Source: an uncultured delta proteobacterium
GTDB lineage: Bacteria; Myxococcota_A; Polyangia; Polyangiales; Houyiibacteriaceae
Length of the DNA stretch: 64,000 nucleotides
Assembly (NCBI GenBank): GCA_963699755.1
Contig: CAVOVB010000010.1
Span: forward strand, 96,001-160,000
Direction of reading: 5' to 3'
The position numbers and the translations under genes were made by a program. This document shows positions 7,253 through 15,750 of this stretch, in pieces (the first letter of the stretch is position 1; every line of letters starts with the position of its first letter). The notes beneath the pieces are model-generated. The model was not told the DNA's origin. It saw only the letters and a list, made by a program, of their open reading frames with translations, and did not search any database.

Positions 7253-10249
7253 CTATTGCAGCGCGTCCACGGTGGGCTGGGCGACCTGCTGCCAGGTCGG
7301 GCGGTTTTGCCAGTGGATGTTCGGTGGGTCCGCTAGACCAAGCGCTGTCGCATCGATGGCGTCGTCGGCTTCGAGCGAAGGGTCCCACTGCGCTATCTCG
7401 TCCCCGAGATCCGCGATGGTCGCTTGGAGGCTCGCGACGAGGGCTGCCCGACAGTCGGAGAGCGCTCCCGTCCCCGCGCAGGCTAGCTGTTGAAACGGCG
7501 CCGCGCTCTGCCCGAGCGCCATCTCGAGCACGCGCAACACATATCCGTAGTAACCACCCTGAAACGCGGAGCCGATGGCACGCGGGGCATCGTGACGACC
7601 GCCAAGCATCACCCCCGTGTTCTCCACCTCCACCAGCTGGGGGAGAACGGCGTTGATCATGCGGTCCCACCATCCATCCATGAACGCGACTGCGGCGCGA
7701 TCTTCGTACTCCAAGCCGGTGGCATCGAATCCGGGTCCGTTTCTGTCCCGACGCATTGCGCCGAGGCCGTTCGGCCCGTTTGCGACCCAGTCCTTCATGA
7801 CTTGCACGACCTCTTGCTCGAAATCAGTCAAATCGCCGACGTCGCCAAGCACCTCGAATACGCGGGGCAGCACCTCCTGGCCCCTCAGGTCCGTCGTGCC
7901 CGCGTCGATCATGATCTGTACCATGCTTGCCCGCGTGTGGCGCGGGCCTTCGGCCTGCGCCGCGAAGGCGTCGAGGCGCCTGGAGAGGAGCTCGGACCGG
8001 TACACGCGCCCGTAGCCGGTCTGGGTGTCGTTCGCGTAAAACCCCGGCGCCTGCGCATTGTTCCAATTCGCGAAGTACCCGGAGGGCGGGTTGGCCTCTC
8101 TCGGGTGGCTCTCGAGGGGCAGAAAGTTGTCGAAGTCGAACGCCGCATTGATGCGCCCTGTGCCGGTCTGCTCCCAATCGAACGCGCCCGTACCCCACTG
8201 CGGCAGGTCTGGATGAATGCCCGCAGCGCGAATCGGCAAGAGACCCGAGTTGAAGTAGGCGATGTTGCTCGCATCTGCGTAGAACCAGTTGAACGTCCCG
8301 GTCAGACTGTTGAACACTTCGAAGAATGCATCAGGGTCCACCATGTCGTTGCGCGAAGTCGCGAGAAACGGCCGTACCGAATCGACCTCACCGAAAAACG
8401 TCGAGCGCTGCACCGCGAGCGCGACCGGCGCTCCTTCGACGGTGGCCGTCGCAAAGACCGGCCCATAGTCGGGGGCTCGGAGAATGTTTCGCGTGACGCG
8501 TTGGTCCGAAGCACCCGCAGTGGTCAGATTCGTCTCTGCCGTCCACTGGTCGGTCCGCTGGAGCATCGCCGTACAGACGCCGTTGTAGAGATAGCTCTTC
8601 GATGCGCGTGTCGGTTCGCCGCCGTCGCGCTCGCAGAGTTGGAGAACCCGAATATCGGTCATGTCGTCCCCGGACGAAGTCGCACTCCAAGCGTGGTCGA
8701 TCCCGCGGCCGATGATCACGTATGGAAGCCCGGCGAAAGCCATCCCCCGACTGTGAATCCCGCCTCCCTGCTGGGAGAACTCGACCAGAATCTGTGGCGA
8801 GAAGTACCCCGTTTGCGGCCCAAACACCGCGATTGGATGCCCGTCCTCGGTTTGGTCTGCGTTCACCAGGATTGCGTTCGACATCGCGTGCGGGAAGCTG
8901 TCTTCGTTCAACGCAAGCCGCACCCCTTCGAGAGTGGCCCGTGCGCGCGCGCGCCCGATTCGCATCGCATCGTTGCTCGGTTCACTCACGCGATACGGAA
9001 TGCCGCGCGCAAACCGCATCGCCTCTCTTGCGCCGGGCCTGTAGATCTTGATCGCGGTCGCCGGGGAAACAGACTCCTCCACGACATCCTCTCTGAAAGC
9101 CGGGCACTCGATGTCCTCCGGCGTGGCTGCGTCGGGCGGCACGCAATCCTCAATCGTAAGCAATTCCAACTCCTGAACGCTGCCTTCGTCGAATAAGGCC
9201 GCCCCGGGGTACGCCGCGGCAAAGCCTTCGTCGAGCGGGCAAGCGGCTTCGTCGATCGTCGGCGGGGACTGTGTCTCAAAGCGGATCTCGGTCGTGTTCG
9301 GGCGTTCTCGGTCACTGGCTTGTCGAATGTCGCGCCACATCTCGCATGCGGCCTGTCCGTCTCCGGGGAACAAGGCCGCCAGACCTTGGAGCAACTGAAG
9401 CTGCTGATGCTCACCACCTCCACCGGTCGCAAACGTCGACTGCACTAGCGCCGCGACGCCGAGCACGTCCCGAGCCGTGAATGGCCGAAGCTCCAAACCG
9501 AGAGCCGCGTACTCGATGGGCACGGCCTCGGCGCCGTCTGCGCCACTCAGGATATCGTCGATGTACTGATTGATTCCGCTCACGAAGTCATCGACATCTT
9601 TCTGTGCCTGGATTCCATCCGTGCCGAAGCGAGTTGCAAGCTGGTCGATTTGGTCCTGCATCTCCTGCTCGTCATATCCGCCGAAGCGCGCGAGGCCTCG
9701 ATCGGAGTCGTAGTTCCCTTCGGCAGGACCAAGAAAATCACTCATTCGGCCGCGGCCCACGTGCCGAAGGACGTCGATGGCAAACATTCGGTCGGTCGCC
9801 GTGGCGTAGCCGGTTCCAAAGAGCACGTCGGCTCGGCCGTCGCCGAAGATGTGTGGAACACCCATATTGTCACGCCCGATGCGCGCGGCGCGCGTTCCGT
9901 CGGTTACCTCTTGCACCGAGTCGAATGCCGTCTCGCCGAGTAGCGGCTCATCCTTGAAGTAGCCCGGAACCAGGTCGCCATCGCTCAGTTGTCCGGGCGT
10001 CGGGTAATCATCGCTGAAGACCAGATTCTCGTACATCGCGAGCTGGTTGATCGAGTTCGCGTCGTCCCGAATGTTGCCGTTGTTCGCGTCGGCCGATCCA
10101 GGCGGCAGCACGTTCAAGAACACGCCGTGGTCCGCGAATGGGTCGACCTCCGGCTCAGGGCCGACGGCCGAGCTCTCTTCCCCCGTGCAGCCGATCGACG
10201 AGAGAAGGGTACCAAGAAGCAGGACCAAGAAGCGAAGCGAGCGTTTCAT
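7253..10249 (-). CDS. Penicillin acylase family (Ntn hydrolase) lipoprotein
   Basis: RDNMGVPHI, GYATATDR, beta-chain start SNAILV, GPQTGY, NWFYAD, NWNN; lipobox-like SSIGC. Confidence 0.9.
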   Translation of the reverse strand: MKRSLRFLVLLLGTLLSSIGCTGEESSAVGPEPEVDPFADHGVFLNVLPPGSADANNGNIRDDANSINQLAMYENLVFSDDYPTPGQLSDGDLVPGYFKDEPLLGETAFDSVQEVTDGTRAARIGRDNMGVPHIFGDGRADVLFGTGYATATDRMFAIDVLRHVGRGRMSDFLGPAEGNYDSDRGLARFGGYDEQEMQDQIDQLATRFGTDGIQAQKDVDDFVSGINQYIDDILSGADGAEAVPIEYAALGLELRPFTARDVLGVAALVQSTFATGGGGEHQQLQLLQGLAALFPGDGQAACEMWRDIRQASDRERPNTTEIRFETQSPPTIDEAACPLDEGFAAAYPGAALFDEGSVQELELLTIEDCVPPDAATPEDIECPAFREDVVEESVSPATAIKIYRPGAREAMRFARGIPYRVSEPSNDAMRIGRARARATLEGVRLALNEDSFPHAMSNAILVNADQTEDGHPIAVFGPQTGYFSPQILVEFSQQGGGIHSRGMAFAGLPYVIIGRGIDHAWSATSSGDDMTDIRVLQLCERDGGEPTRASKSYLYNGVCTAMLQRTDQWTAETNLTTAGASDQRVTRNILRAPDYGPVFATATVEGAPVALAVQRSTFFGEVDSVRPFLATSRNDMVDPDAFFEVFNSLTGTFNWFYADASNIAYFNSGLLPIRAAGIHPDLPQWGTGAFDWEQTGTGRINAAFDFDNFLPLESHPREANPPSGYFANWNNAQAPGFYANDTQTGYGRVYRSELLSRRLDAFAAQAEGPRHTRASMVQIMIDAGTTDLRGQEVLPRVFEVLGDVGDLTDFEQEVVQVMKDWVANGPNGLGAMRRDRNGPGFDATGLEYEDRAAVAFMDGWWDRMINAVLPQLVEVENTGVMLGGRHDAPRAIGSAFQGGYYGYVLRVLEMALGQSAAPFQQLACAGTGALSDCRAALVASLQATIADLGDEIAQWDPSLEADDAIDATALGLADPPNIHWQNRPTWQQVAQPTVDALQ

Positions 10250-10331
10250 CGCCGGGAGTCTATCGGAAGTTCGGTGCAGAGAGTACCCTGCGATCGTCTA
10301 CAGGCAATGTAAGCTACACTCCCGCAACTCG

Positions 10332-10775
10332 ATGGAGATCCTTTCCAGCCGTTTCATGCTCCACCCGCGCGACTTCGACCGCAGCGTGGTCTTCTACCGT
10401 GACATTCTCGGGCTGCACCCCATGCGGGAGTTTGGCGAGGGTGAGAGCCGTGGCGTCGTCTTCTTCCTAGGCGGCGGCTACCTCGAGCTCACCAATCGCC
10501 AACTCGAGCCGCCGGCTTCTTCGACCGAGCTCTGGCTGCAGGTGCGCGACGTGCGCCAAGCGGAGCGGGAGCTTCGCGCTGCGGGGGTTTCGATCATCGA
10601 AACTTCAGTCGAAAAGCCCTGGGGCTTGCTCGAGCTTCGAGCTTCCGACCCTGACGGTTTGGTTCTCATCCTGGTCGAAGTCCCCCCTGACCATCCGCTG
10701 CGGCGCGACCATCGCAAGGCTGTGTCGTCTACGAGCGGAATGCGACACGGCGATCGCGCGCGCACCGACCGCTAG
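10332..10775 (+). CDS. VOC/glyoxalase family protein
   Basis: SVVFYRDILGL, LWLQVRDV, KPWGLLE, DPDG; start moved to MEILSSR. Confidence 0.85.
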   Translation: MEILSSRFMLHPRDFDRSVVFYRDILGLHPMREFGEGESRGVVFFLGGGYLELTNRQLEPPASSTELWLQVRDVRQAERELRAAGVSIIETSVEKPWGLLELRASDPDGLVLILVEVPPDHPLRRDHRKAVSSTSGMRHGDRARTDR

Positions 10776-11425
10776 CGCCTCGCGACTGGTGCTTGAAATG
10801 CGGTGAGGATTTCGTTGCGCCGCAAGAACCAGGGCTTGAAGGGCGCGTCATAGCGTGCCCAAATCGGTTCGCCGCTCGCTGCGTAGCCTGCGGTCTGCAA
10901 TGCATCGAGCAGAAGGTCGAGATGCTTCTGGTAGTTTCGCTTCGACCAGGTGCCCGAATAGCGCACCGCTGCAAAGCTACGCGCAGGAATCTCGCGGATG
11001 GTGATCCGCGAATCATTGGGCTCGGGGAGCTCTGCCAGCGAGTATTCAGACGGCATCATGAATTGGATCACGTACTGCTCTCCGGCCTTCTCCTGCGTGA
11101 CCGGGGCAGTCATGGCTATCTTCATGCCCTTTGCCTTCTCCTGGGTCACTGGCGCGGTCATCGCAATTCTTCTTCTGCCACGATTGTCGCCAAAGATGTA
11201 TTTGGCCAAGATGCGAAAACCCTGGTTCCCGGCGCTTTCGAGGTCTCCATCGACCTTGGTTTCGGCCACCAAGTAGGGCTCGTATTGGCGAATCTCGATG
11301 TCGCCGATCATCTCGATCACGCGATAAGTTGGGTTGTCGTATGCCACAGTGCCACTTCCGACCATCGCGATTCCCAGTGCAGCCGCGAGGATCGGGATAC
11401 CGACTACGATGACTAGCGACCTCAT
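10772..11425 (-). CDS. SOUL heme-binding protein with N-terminal anchor
   Basis: EIRQYEP, GFRILAKYIFGDN, IAMTAPVTQ (twice), FMMPS, ARYDAPFKPWFLRRNEI; start at MRSLVIVVG. Confidence 0.92.
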   Translation of the reverse strand: MRSLVIVVGIPILAAALGIAMVGSGTVAYDNPTYRVIEMIGDIEIRQYEPYLVAETKVDGDLESAGNQGFRILAKYIFGDNRGRRRIAMTAPVTQEKAKGMKIAMTAPVTQEKAGEQYVIQFMMPSEYSLAELPEPNDSRITIREIPARSFAAVRYSGTWSKRNYQKHLDLLLDALQTAGYAASGEPIWARYDAPFKPWFLRRNEILTAFQAPVARR

Positions 11426-11426
11426 G

Positions 11427-12212
11427 TCAAATCTGACTATAGCTTCGGATGAACGCGCTGCGGACGTCGAATGCCAAATCGAGCGACTCGAGCAGCTCAT
11501 GAAGACCCGCGAGGTAGAGCCCGAACGCGGCGAAGTTGCGGTGAAGGCCCGCTGCCTGTGTCTCGGTGTGCGTCGACAGCTCGCTGAGCGTCGATTGTAG
11601 CTGCGATGAGCTGAATCGAACGGCCCGCTGATTCCCCTCCCCCAGATGCCGGAGCAGCAGTCCCCCGGCTGGCCCCAAACCGAGCTCACCCAGGCCGCGT
11701 TCGAAACGCGCCTCGTCCTCCAGAAAGAATCCTGCATAGACATCCCTCAGCGGGCTCAGAAACCGCCGGTCCCACTTCAGATAAAGGGGACGCGGATTCC
11801 AAACCGCATCGCCGTCCGCGTCGACCCCGAGTCGAGACGGCCAGAGGTCGATGAGCGCCGTGTCACCTCTCAACAGTTGCGTGAAGTAGAGCTCTAGCGC
11901 GATCTGACCCAGCCATCGACGCTGGGAACGCTTCAGGTCCTCAGATGGTAGGAGCCGTTGCTCCGCTCGACCCGCGTCGACCAGAATCGGGATGCAACAA
12001 TCGCGCAGCAGAGCCTGCGTCCTTCCGAGAACGGAGAGGTGACGTTTCGTATGAACAACGTTGGATAAGAGCTCCAGGGCCTGAGCTGCCAACTGTTTCC
12101 TCGAAAATAGATCGAAGCCCGCGGGCACCAGGCCCAGGACGGTGCTCCATTCGATTCTCGAGCGGAAGGGAGCACTCGTCAGGTTGAAAAGAGATGTCTC
12201 GTATGCAGCCAT
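11427..12212 (-). CDS. Hypothetical protein, possibly a degenerate ABC1/UbiB kinase C-lobe-like domain
   Basis: ORF packed in an operon with GAGG RBS; segment LGQIALELYFTQLLRGDTALIDLWPSRL recalls the ABC1 xFxQxFxxGxxHxDPHPGN region. Confidence 0.7.
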   Translation of the reverse strand: MAAYETSLFNLTSAPFRSRIEWSTVLGLVPAGFDLFSRKQLAAQALELLSNVVHTKRHLSVLGRTQALLRDCCIPILVDAGRAEQRLLPSEDLKRSQRRWLGQIALELYFTQLLRGDTALIDLWPSRLGVDADGDAVWNPRPLYLKWDRRFLSPLRDVYAGFFLEDEARFERGLGELGLGPAGGLLLRHLGEGNQRAVRFSSSQLQSTLSELSTHTETQAAGLHRNFAAFGLYLAGLHELLESLDLAFDVRSAFIRSYSQI

Positions 12213-12227
12213 GGCAGACACCTCGAT

Positions 12228-12392
12228 TTACGGTCCCCGTTCGACGGTCACGGGAGGACGGTAGTTCGATTCCTGAGCTGAGAAGGAGCTCACGGGGTCT
12301 TCGTTCGCGCGGTGACGGATCGCGATGTAGGCGCCGGCCATGGAAAGAAACGAGACCATCGCCCCCGCGACCAAGAGATCGAGGTCAGTCAT
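12228..12392 (-). CDS. Small single-TM membrane protein (54 aa)
   Basis: GGAGG RBS before ATG; MTDLDLLVAGAMVSFLSMAGAYIAIRHR; start overlaps the upstream stop (ATGACTGA). Confidence 0.7.
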   Translation of the reverse strand: MTDLDLLVAGAMVSFLSMAGAYIAIRHRANEDPVSSFSAQESNYRPPVTVERGP

Positions 12393-12612
12393 GACGACCT
12401 CCCGACAGCAAGAGCCCGCCCGCCGAGAGAATCGAGGGAACCCACAGACCCACGAAGAGCCCTCGCTCACGGTCGCCCGAAAACCAGAGCCAGATCGAGA
12501 GGCAAAAGGAGAGCCCGGCCGCGGCCAAGAACAAGATTTTGGGAGCGCCGAGGACCGAGAGGAAGCCGCGAGGCCTCACTGTCGATACGTTGCTGCTAGA
12601 TACCTGGGTCAT
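12385..12612 (-). CDS. Small two-TM membrane protein (75 aa)
   Basis: GGAGG RBS; hydrophobic hairpin LFLAAAGLSFCLSIWLWF / GLFVGLWVPSILSAG. Confidence 0.75.
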   Translation of the reverse strand: MTQVSSSNVSTVRPRGFLSVLGAPKILFLAAAGLSFCLSIWLWFSGDRERGLFVGLWVPSILSAGGLLLSGGRHD

Positions 12613-12630
12613 AACTTACCTCCGACTCGA

Positions 12631-12658
12631 TGTCTAGGTTGCGTCCAGGTATTGTCAA
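12631..12658 (-). promoter_or_regulatory. Three 11-bp direct repeats (TTGACA/TGGACG/TAGACA) overlapping a -35 box; CarH/CarA-type operator candidate
   Basis: Minus strand reads TTGACAATACC TGGACGCAACC TAGACATCGAG, directly upstream of the RBS of the 75-aa gene. Confidence 0.65.
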
Positions 12659-12812
12659 GACATACAAGACAATAGTTAGACAGATGGGGCGTGGAGCATG
12701 CTTTTCGCAGTGCTAGGGGTGTGACCAGCGACGGGATTTCGTGGCCAGCGTCTGGACCCCGACCGGTCTTGGCAGTCGGAGCCCTGGGCCCGATGAGAGC
12801 AAGGTGGGTCAG

Positions 12813-13571
12813 ATGATTCAGCTCGATGGTACCTCGTTCGTCCAGGGAGCGAGCCGGGGCATCGGTTTGGAGCTCGTGCGTCAGTTGCTGGGGACGCGAC
12901 CGTTTGAACGTGTGATCGCGACCTGTCGGCAGCCCTCACAGGCCACCGAGCTTCAGGCCCTGGCGTCGACGCAACCCGAACGGCTTCTGATCGTCGAGCT
13001 CGACGTCCAGAACGAGGAAACGATTGAAAGTGCGGCAAAGGCCGTGGCGAGCGAAACGAACGAGCTGGGGCTCATCCTCAACGTAGCAGGCGTGCTCCAT
13101 GGGCCGGACTTCGGCCCGGAGAAGAGGTTGTCGCAGATTCAACCCGACGCCCTTCGCAAGGTGTTTGAGGTCAACGCCTTTGGTCCCCTTCTCGTCGCCA
13201 AGCACTTCCACGGCCTTCTTAGACACGACAGGCGCTCCGTGTTCGCAAGCCTTTCGGCGCGGGTCGGGAGCATTTCGGACAACCGTTTAGGTGGATGGTA
13301 CGCGTATCGCGCGTCGAAAGCGGCCCAGAACATGATCACGAAGAATCTGTCGATCGAGCTTGCAAGAATCGCCCCAAAGTCGATCGTCGTTGGGCTCCAC
13401 CCGGGCACCGTCGATACCGACCTGTCAAAGCCATTCCAACGCAACGTTCCGGAGCATCAGCTTCTCTCCAAGAGCACGGCGGCTCACGCACTGCTGGAGG
13501 TGATCTCGGGACTCGACCGCGAAGACAGTGGGAAGGTCTTCGACTACCGTGGCTGCGAGATCGCGCCCTAA
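12813..13571 (+). CDS. Short-chain dehydrogenase, C-factor/CsgA-like
   Basis: GASRGIG, SLSARVGSISDNRLGGWYAYRASKAA (YxxxK), LHPGTVDTDLS; start at MIQLDG. Confidence 0.9.
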   Translation: MIQLDGTSFVQGASRGIGLELVRQLLGTRPFERVIATCRQPSQATELQALASTQPERLLIVELDVQNEETIESAAKAVASETNELGLILNVAGVLHGPDFGPEKRLSQIQPDALRKVFEVNAFGPLLVAKHFHGLLRHDRRSVFASLSARVGSISDNRLGGWYAYRASKAAQNMITKNLSIELARIAPKSIVVGLHPGTVDTDLSKPFQRNVPEHQLLSKSTAAHALLEVISGLDREDSGKVFDYRGCEIAP

Positions 13572-13574
13572 ATT

Positions 13575-14651
13575 CTAACGCTTTTCCCAGAGGTAGTGCG
13601 CCACGAACCACTCGTCCCCGCCCCGATAGGCGAAGAGCTCAGAGCACGCGATGAAGAAGAGCCTCCAACGGCGGAACCATCGTGACGCGTCTGCCCCGTA
13701 ACCATCCGAAAGAATCTGCAGCGCGGTCTTTCGATTTTGATCGAGCCGCGCCAGCCAGGCGTCGCAGGTTCTTTGGTAATGACTCCCCCCAATTCGCCAT
13801 TGCTCCCGCAAGATTAGATCATCCTGGTAGCGTCGGAACATCCCTTCGGAGGGCATCATCCCCCCGGTGAAGAAGTTCTTGGCCATCCAATCGCTGGGGT
13901 CTTGGTGCTCGTAGGTGTACGCGTGGGAGCGATGGCAGAAGATGTGCGCAAAAGCCATTCCGCCTGGCGTGAGCCAGCGTGCGATGCGCTCGAAGAGAAC
14001 CCGATGGTTGCGCACGTGCTCCATCATCTCGATCGAAATCAGACGGTCGAACCGTTCGCCGGGTTCGAAGTCATTGATGTCGGCGGTTTGAACGCGCACG
14101 TTCGTCAACGCGGCAGCAGCAGCACGCGCTTCGATGAACGCACGCTGAAGCCGGGAGTTCGACACGGCGAGGATTTGGGCGTTCGGGAACCGCTCGGCAG
14201 CCCATAGCGAGAATGACCCCCAGCCGCAGCCGAGGTCGAGGATCCGCATGCCGTCGTGGATCCCGGCGCGCATGGCGGTGAGCTCCAACATCTCCTCCTC
14301 CGCTTCGGCCAGGTCGTGCGTGTGGCTGTCCCAATAGCAGCAGCTGTACTTCAGCCTGGGGCCCAGCACGAGCTCGAAGAAGGGCGCCGGCACCTCGTAG
14401 TGCTGCTCGTTCGCAGCATTCACGGCAATCGCGACAGGGCCGCGAGCGAGGCCCTCCATGAGCTCGGACTGCTCTCGTGTTCGAGCTTCAGGAGAGCCAT
14501 TCACGCTCTCCCGAAGGCGTCGCTCGAGCAGATGACGTGTGCCCAATCGGAGGATCCAATCTGGAAAAACACCAGCTTCGGCCATGCGCAATGCGAGCCC
14601 CACCGTGGAGCGGCCCTCACGCGTCGAGATGCTGGTGGACGATTCCGCCAT
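13575..14651 (-). CDS. Cyclopropane-fatty-acyl-phospholipid synthase family SAM methyltransferase
   Basis: ANEQHYEVP, LKYSCCYW, LDLGCGWGS, SIEMMEH, FFTGGMMPS; start uncertain (MAESS chosen). Confidence 0.9.
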   Translation of the reverse strand: MAESSTSISTREGRSTVGLALRMAEAGVFPDWILRLGTRHLLERRLRESVNGSPEARTREQSELMEGLARGPVAIAVNAANEQHYEVPAPFFELVLGPRLKYSCCYWDSHTHDLAEAEEEMLELTAMRAGIHDGMRILDLGCGWGSFSLWAAERFPNAQILAVSNSRLQRAFIEARAAAAALTNVRVQTADINDFEPGERFDRLISIEMMEHVRNHRVLFERIARWLTPGGMAFAHIFCHRSHAYTYEHQDPSDWMAKNFFTGGMMPSEGMFRRYQDDLILREQWRIGGSHYQRTCDAWLARLDQNRKTALQILSDGYGADASRWFRRWRLFFIACSELFAYRGGDEWFVAHYLWEKR

Positions 14652-14736
14652 GGCGTCGACACAGAATGCTAGGGCGCTCGCTCCGCTCAGCAAGTCCGGG
14701 CTTGGCGATTGAGCCGGAGACTCTAGACTCCGGGCG

Positions 14737-15750
14737 ATGGGGTCTTCGGTGCGAACCATTGCCATCACGGGTGCAACCGGTTTCGTCGGCCGCCACGTGG
14801 TGAAGCGCTTGCTCGAGGAGCCTCACCTCACGCTCCGTTGTCTCGTGCGTCCCGAGAGCGACACCGACGAGCTTGCGGCCCTGGGCGAGCGGGTACGCTG
14901 CGTTCGAGGTGATGTCTGCGAACCCGGTTCCCTTACTCCGCTCGTCGAGGGCGCTTGGGGTGCGATCAATCTCGCTGGGTACCGGGACTTCTGGAGCCCG
15001 AGTCCCGAGGTCTACGAGTCGCTCAACACGCGTGGGGCCGAAAATGTATTTCGCGCTGCGCTGAACGCGAACCTTCAGAAGGTCGTCCAGGTCAGTACGC
15101 CGCTGGCCTTTGGCGTTCCGAAGCAGATTCCGTTCGACGAAGAGACCGTTCCAGGGCCTCACCCGTCTCGCTATGCCCGGAGCAAGTACCTCGCCGATCA
15201 GATCGGCTGGCGAATGCATGCCGAGCAGGGTCTGCCCCTGACCGTCGTTCACTTGGCTGCCGTCATCGGCGCAGGGGACCCTCGGCCGACCATGGAGGTT
15301 CGCCGCGCCGTGGAGAGACGCCTGCCCGCCTTGGTCGGGGCGGACACGACGTATACGTACGTCCATGTCGCAGACGCTGCAGAAGCAATCGTGCGCGCGC
15401 TTCTCAGGCCCAGCAGCACGGGCCGGAGCTACCTGATCGGTACCGAGCGTGCATCGACCCGGGACTACTTCTCCCTTATCGGCAACCTCGCCGGCGTACC
15501 GGTTCCCAAGCTCGATCTCCCCGAAGGGCCGCTTCTCGCCATCGCCCGCATACTGGAGCACTGGGCCCGCTGGACGGGCACCCGTCCAGCCGTTCCCGTC
15601 GACATCCTCAAGACCACGGCCGCTGGCTCGCTGGTGTTCGATGGAAGCCGCGCGCAGCGCGAGCTCGGGATGCGCTACAAACCGCTTCGCGAGGCTCTTG
15701 CCGAAGCGGTCGATGAGATCCGCGCAGAGTCTGCGCTGTCCAGAGCTTAG
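14737..15750 (+). CDS. NAD-dependent epimerase/dehydratase (dihydroflavonol reductase/HpnA-like)
   Basis: ITGATGFVG, YARSK, YVHVADAAEA. Confidence 0.88.
   Translation: MGSSVRTIAITGATGFVGRHVVKRLLEEPHLTLRCLVRPESDTDELAALGERVRCVRGDVCEPGSLTPLVEGAWGAINLAGYRDFWSPSPEVYESLNTRGAENVFRAALNANLQKVVQVSTPLAFGVPKQIPFDEETVPGPHPSRYARSKYLADQIGWRMHAEQGLPLTVVHLAAVIGAGDPRPTMEVRRAVERRLPALVGADTTYTYVHVADAAEAIVRALLRPSSTGRSYLIGTERASTRDYFSLIGNLAGVPVPKLDLPEGPLLAIARILEHWARWTGTRPAVPVDILKTTAAGSLVFDGSRAQRELGMRYKPLREALAEAVDEIRAESALSRA

Noticed and set aside
11085..11170. Duplicated IAMTAPVTQEK in the SOUL protein
   Set aside because: Repetition of this motif is common in bacterial SOUL proteins and the DNA copies are diverged
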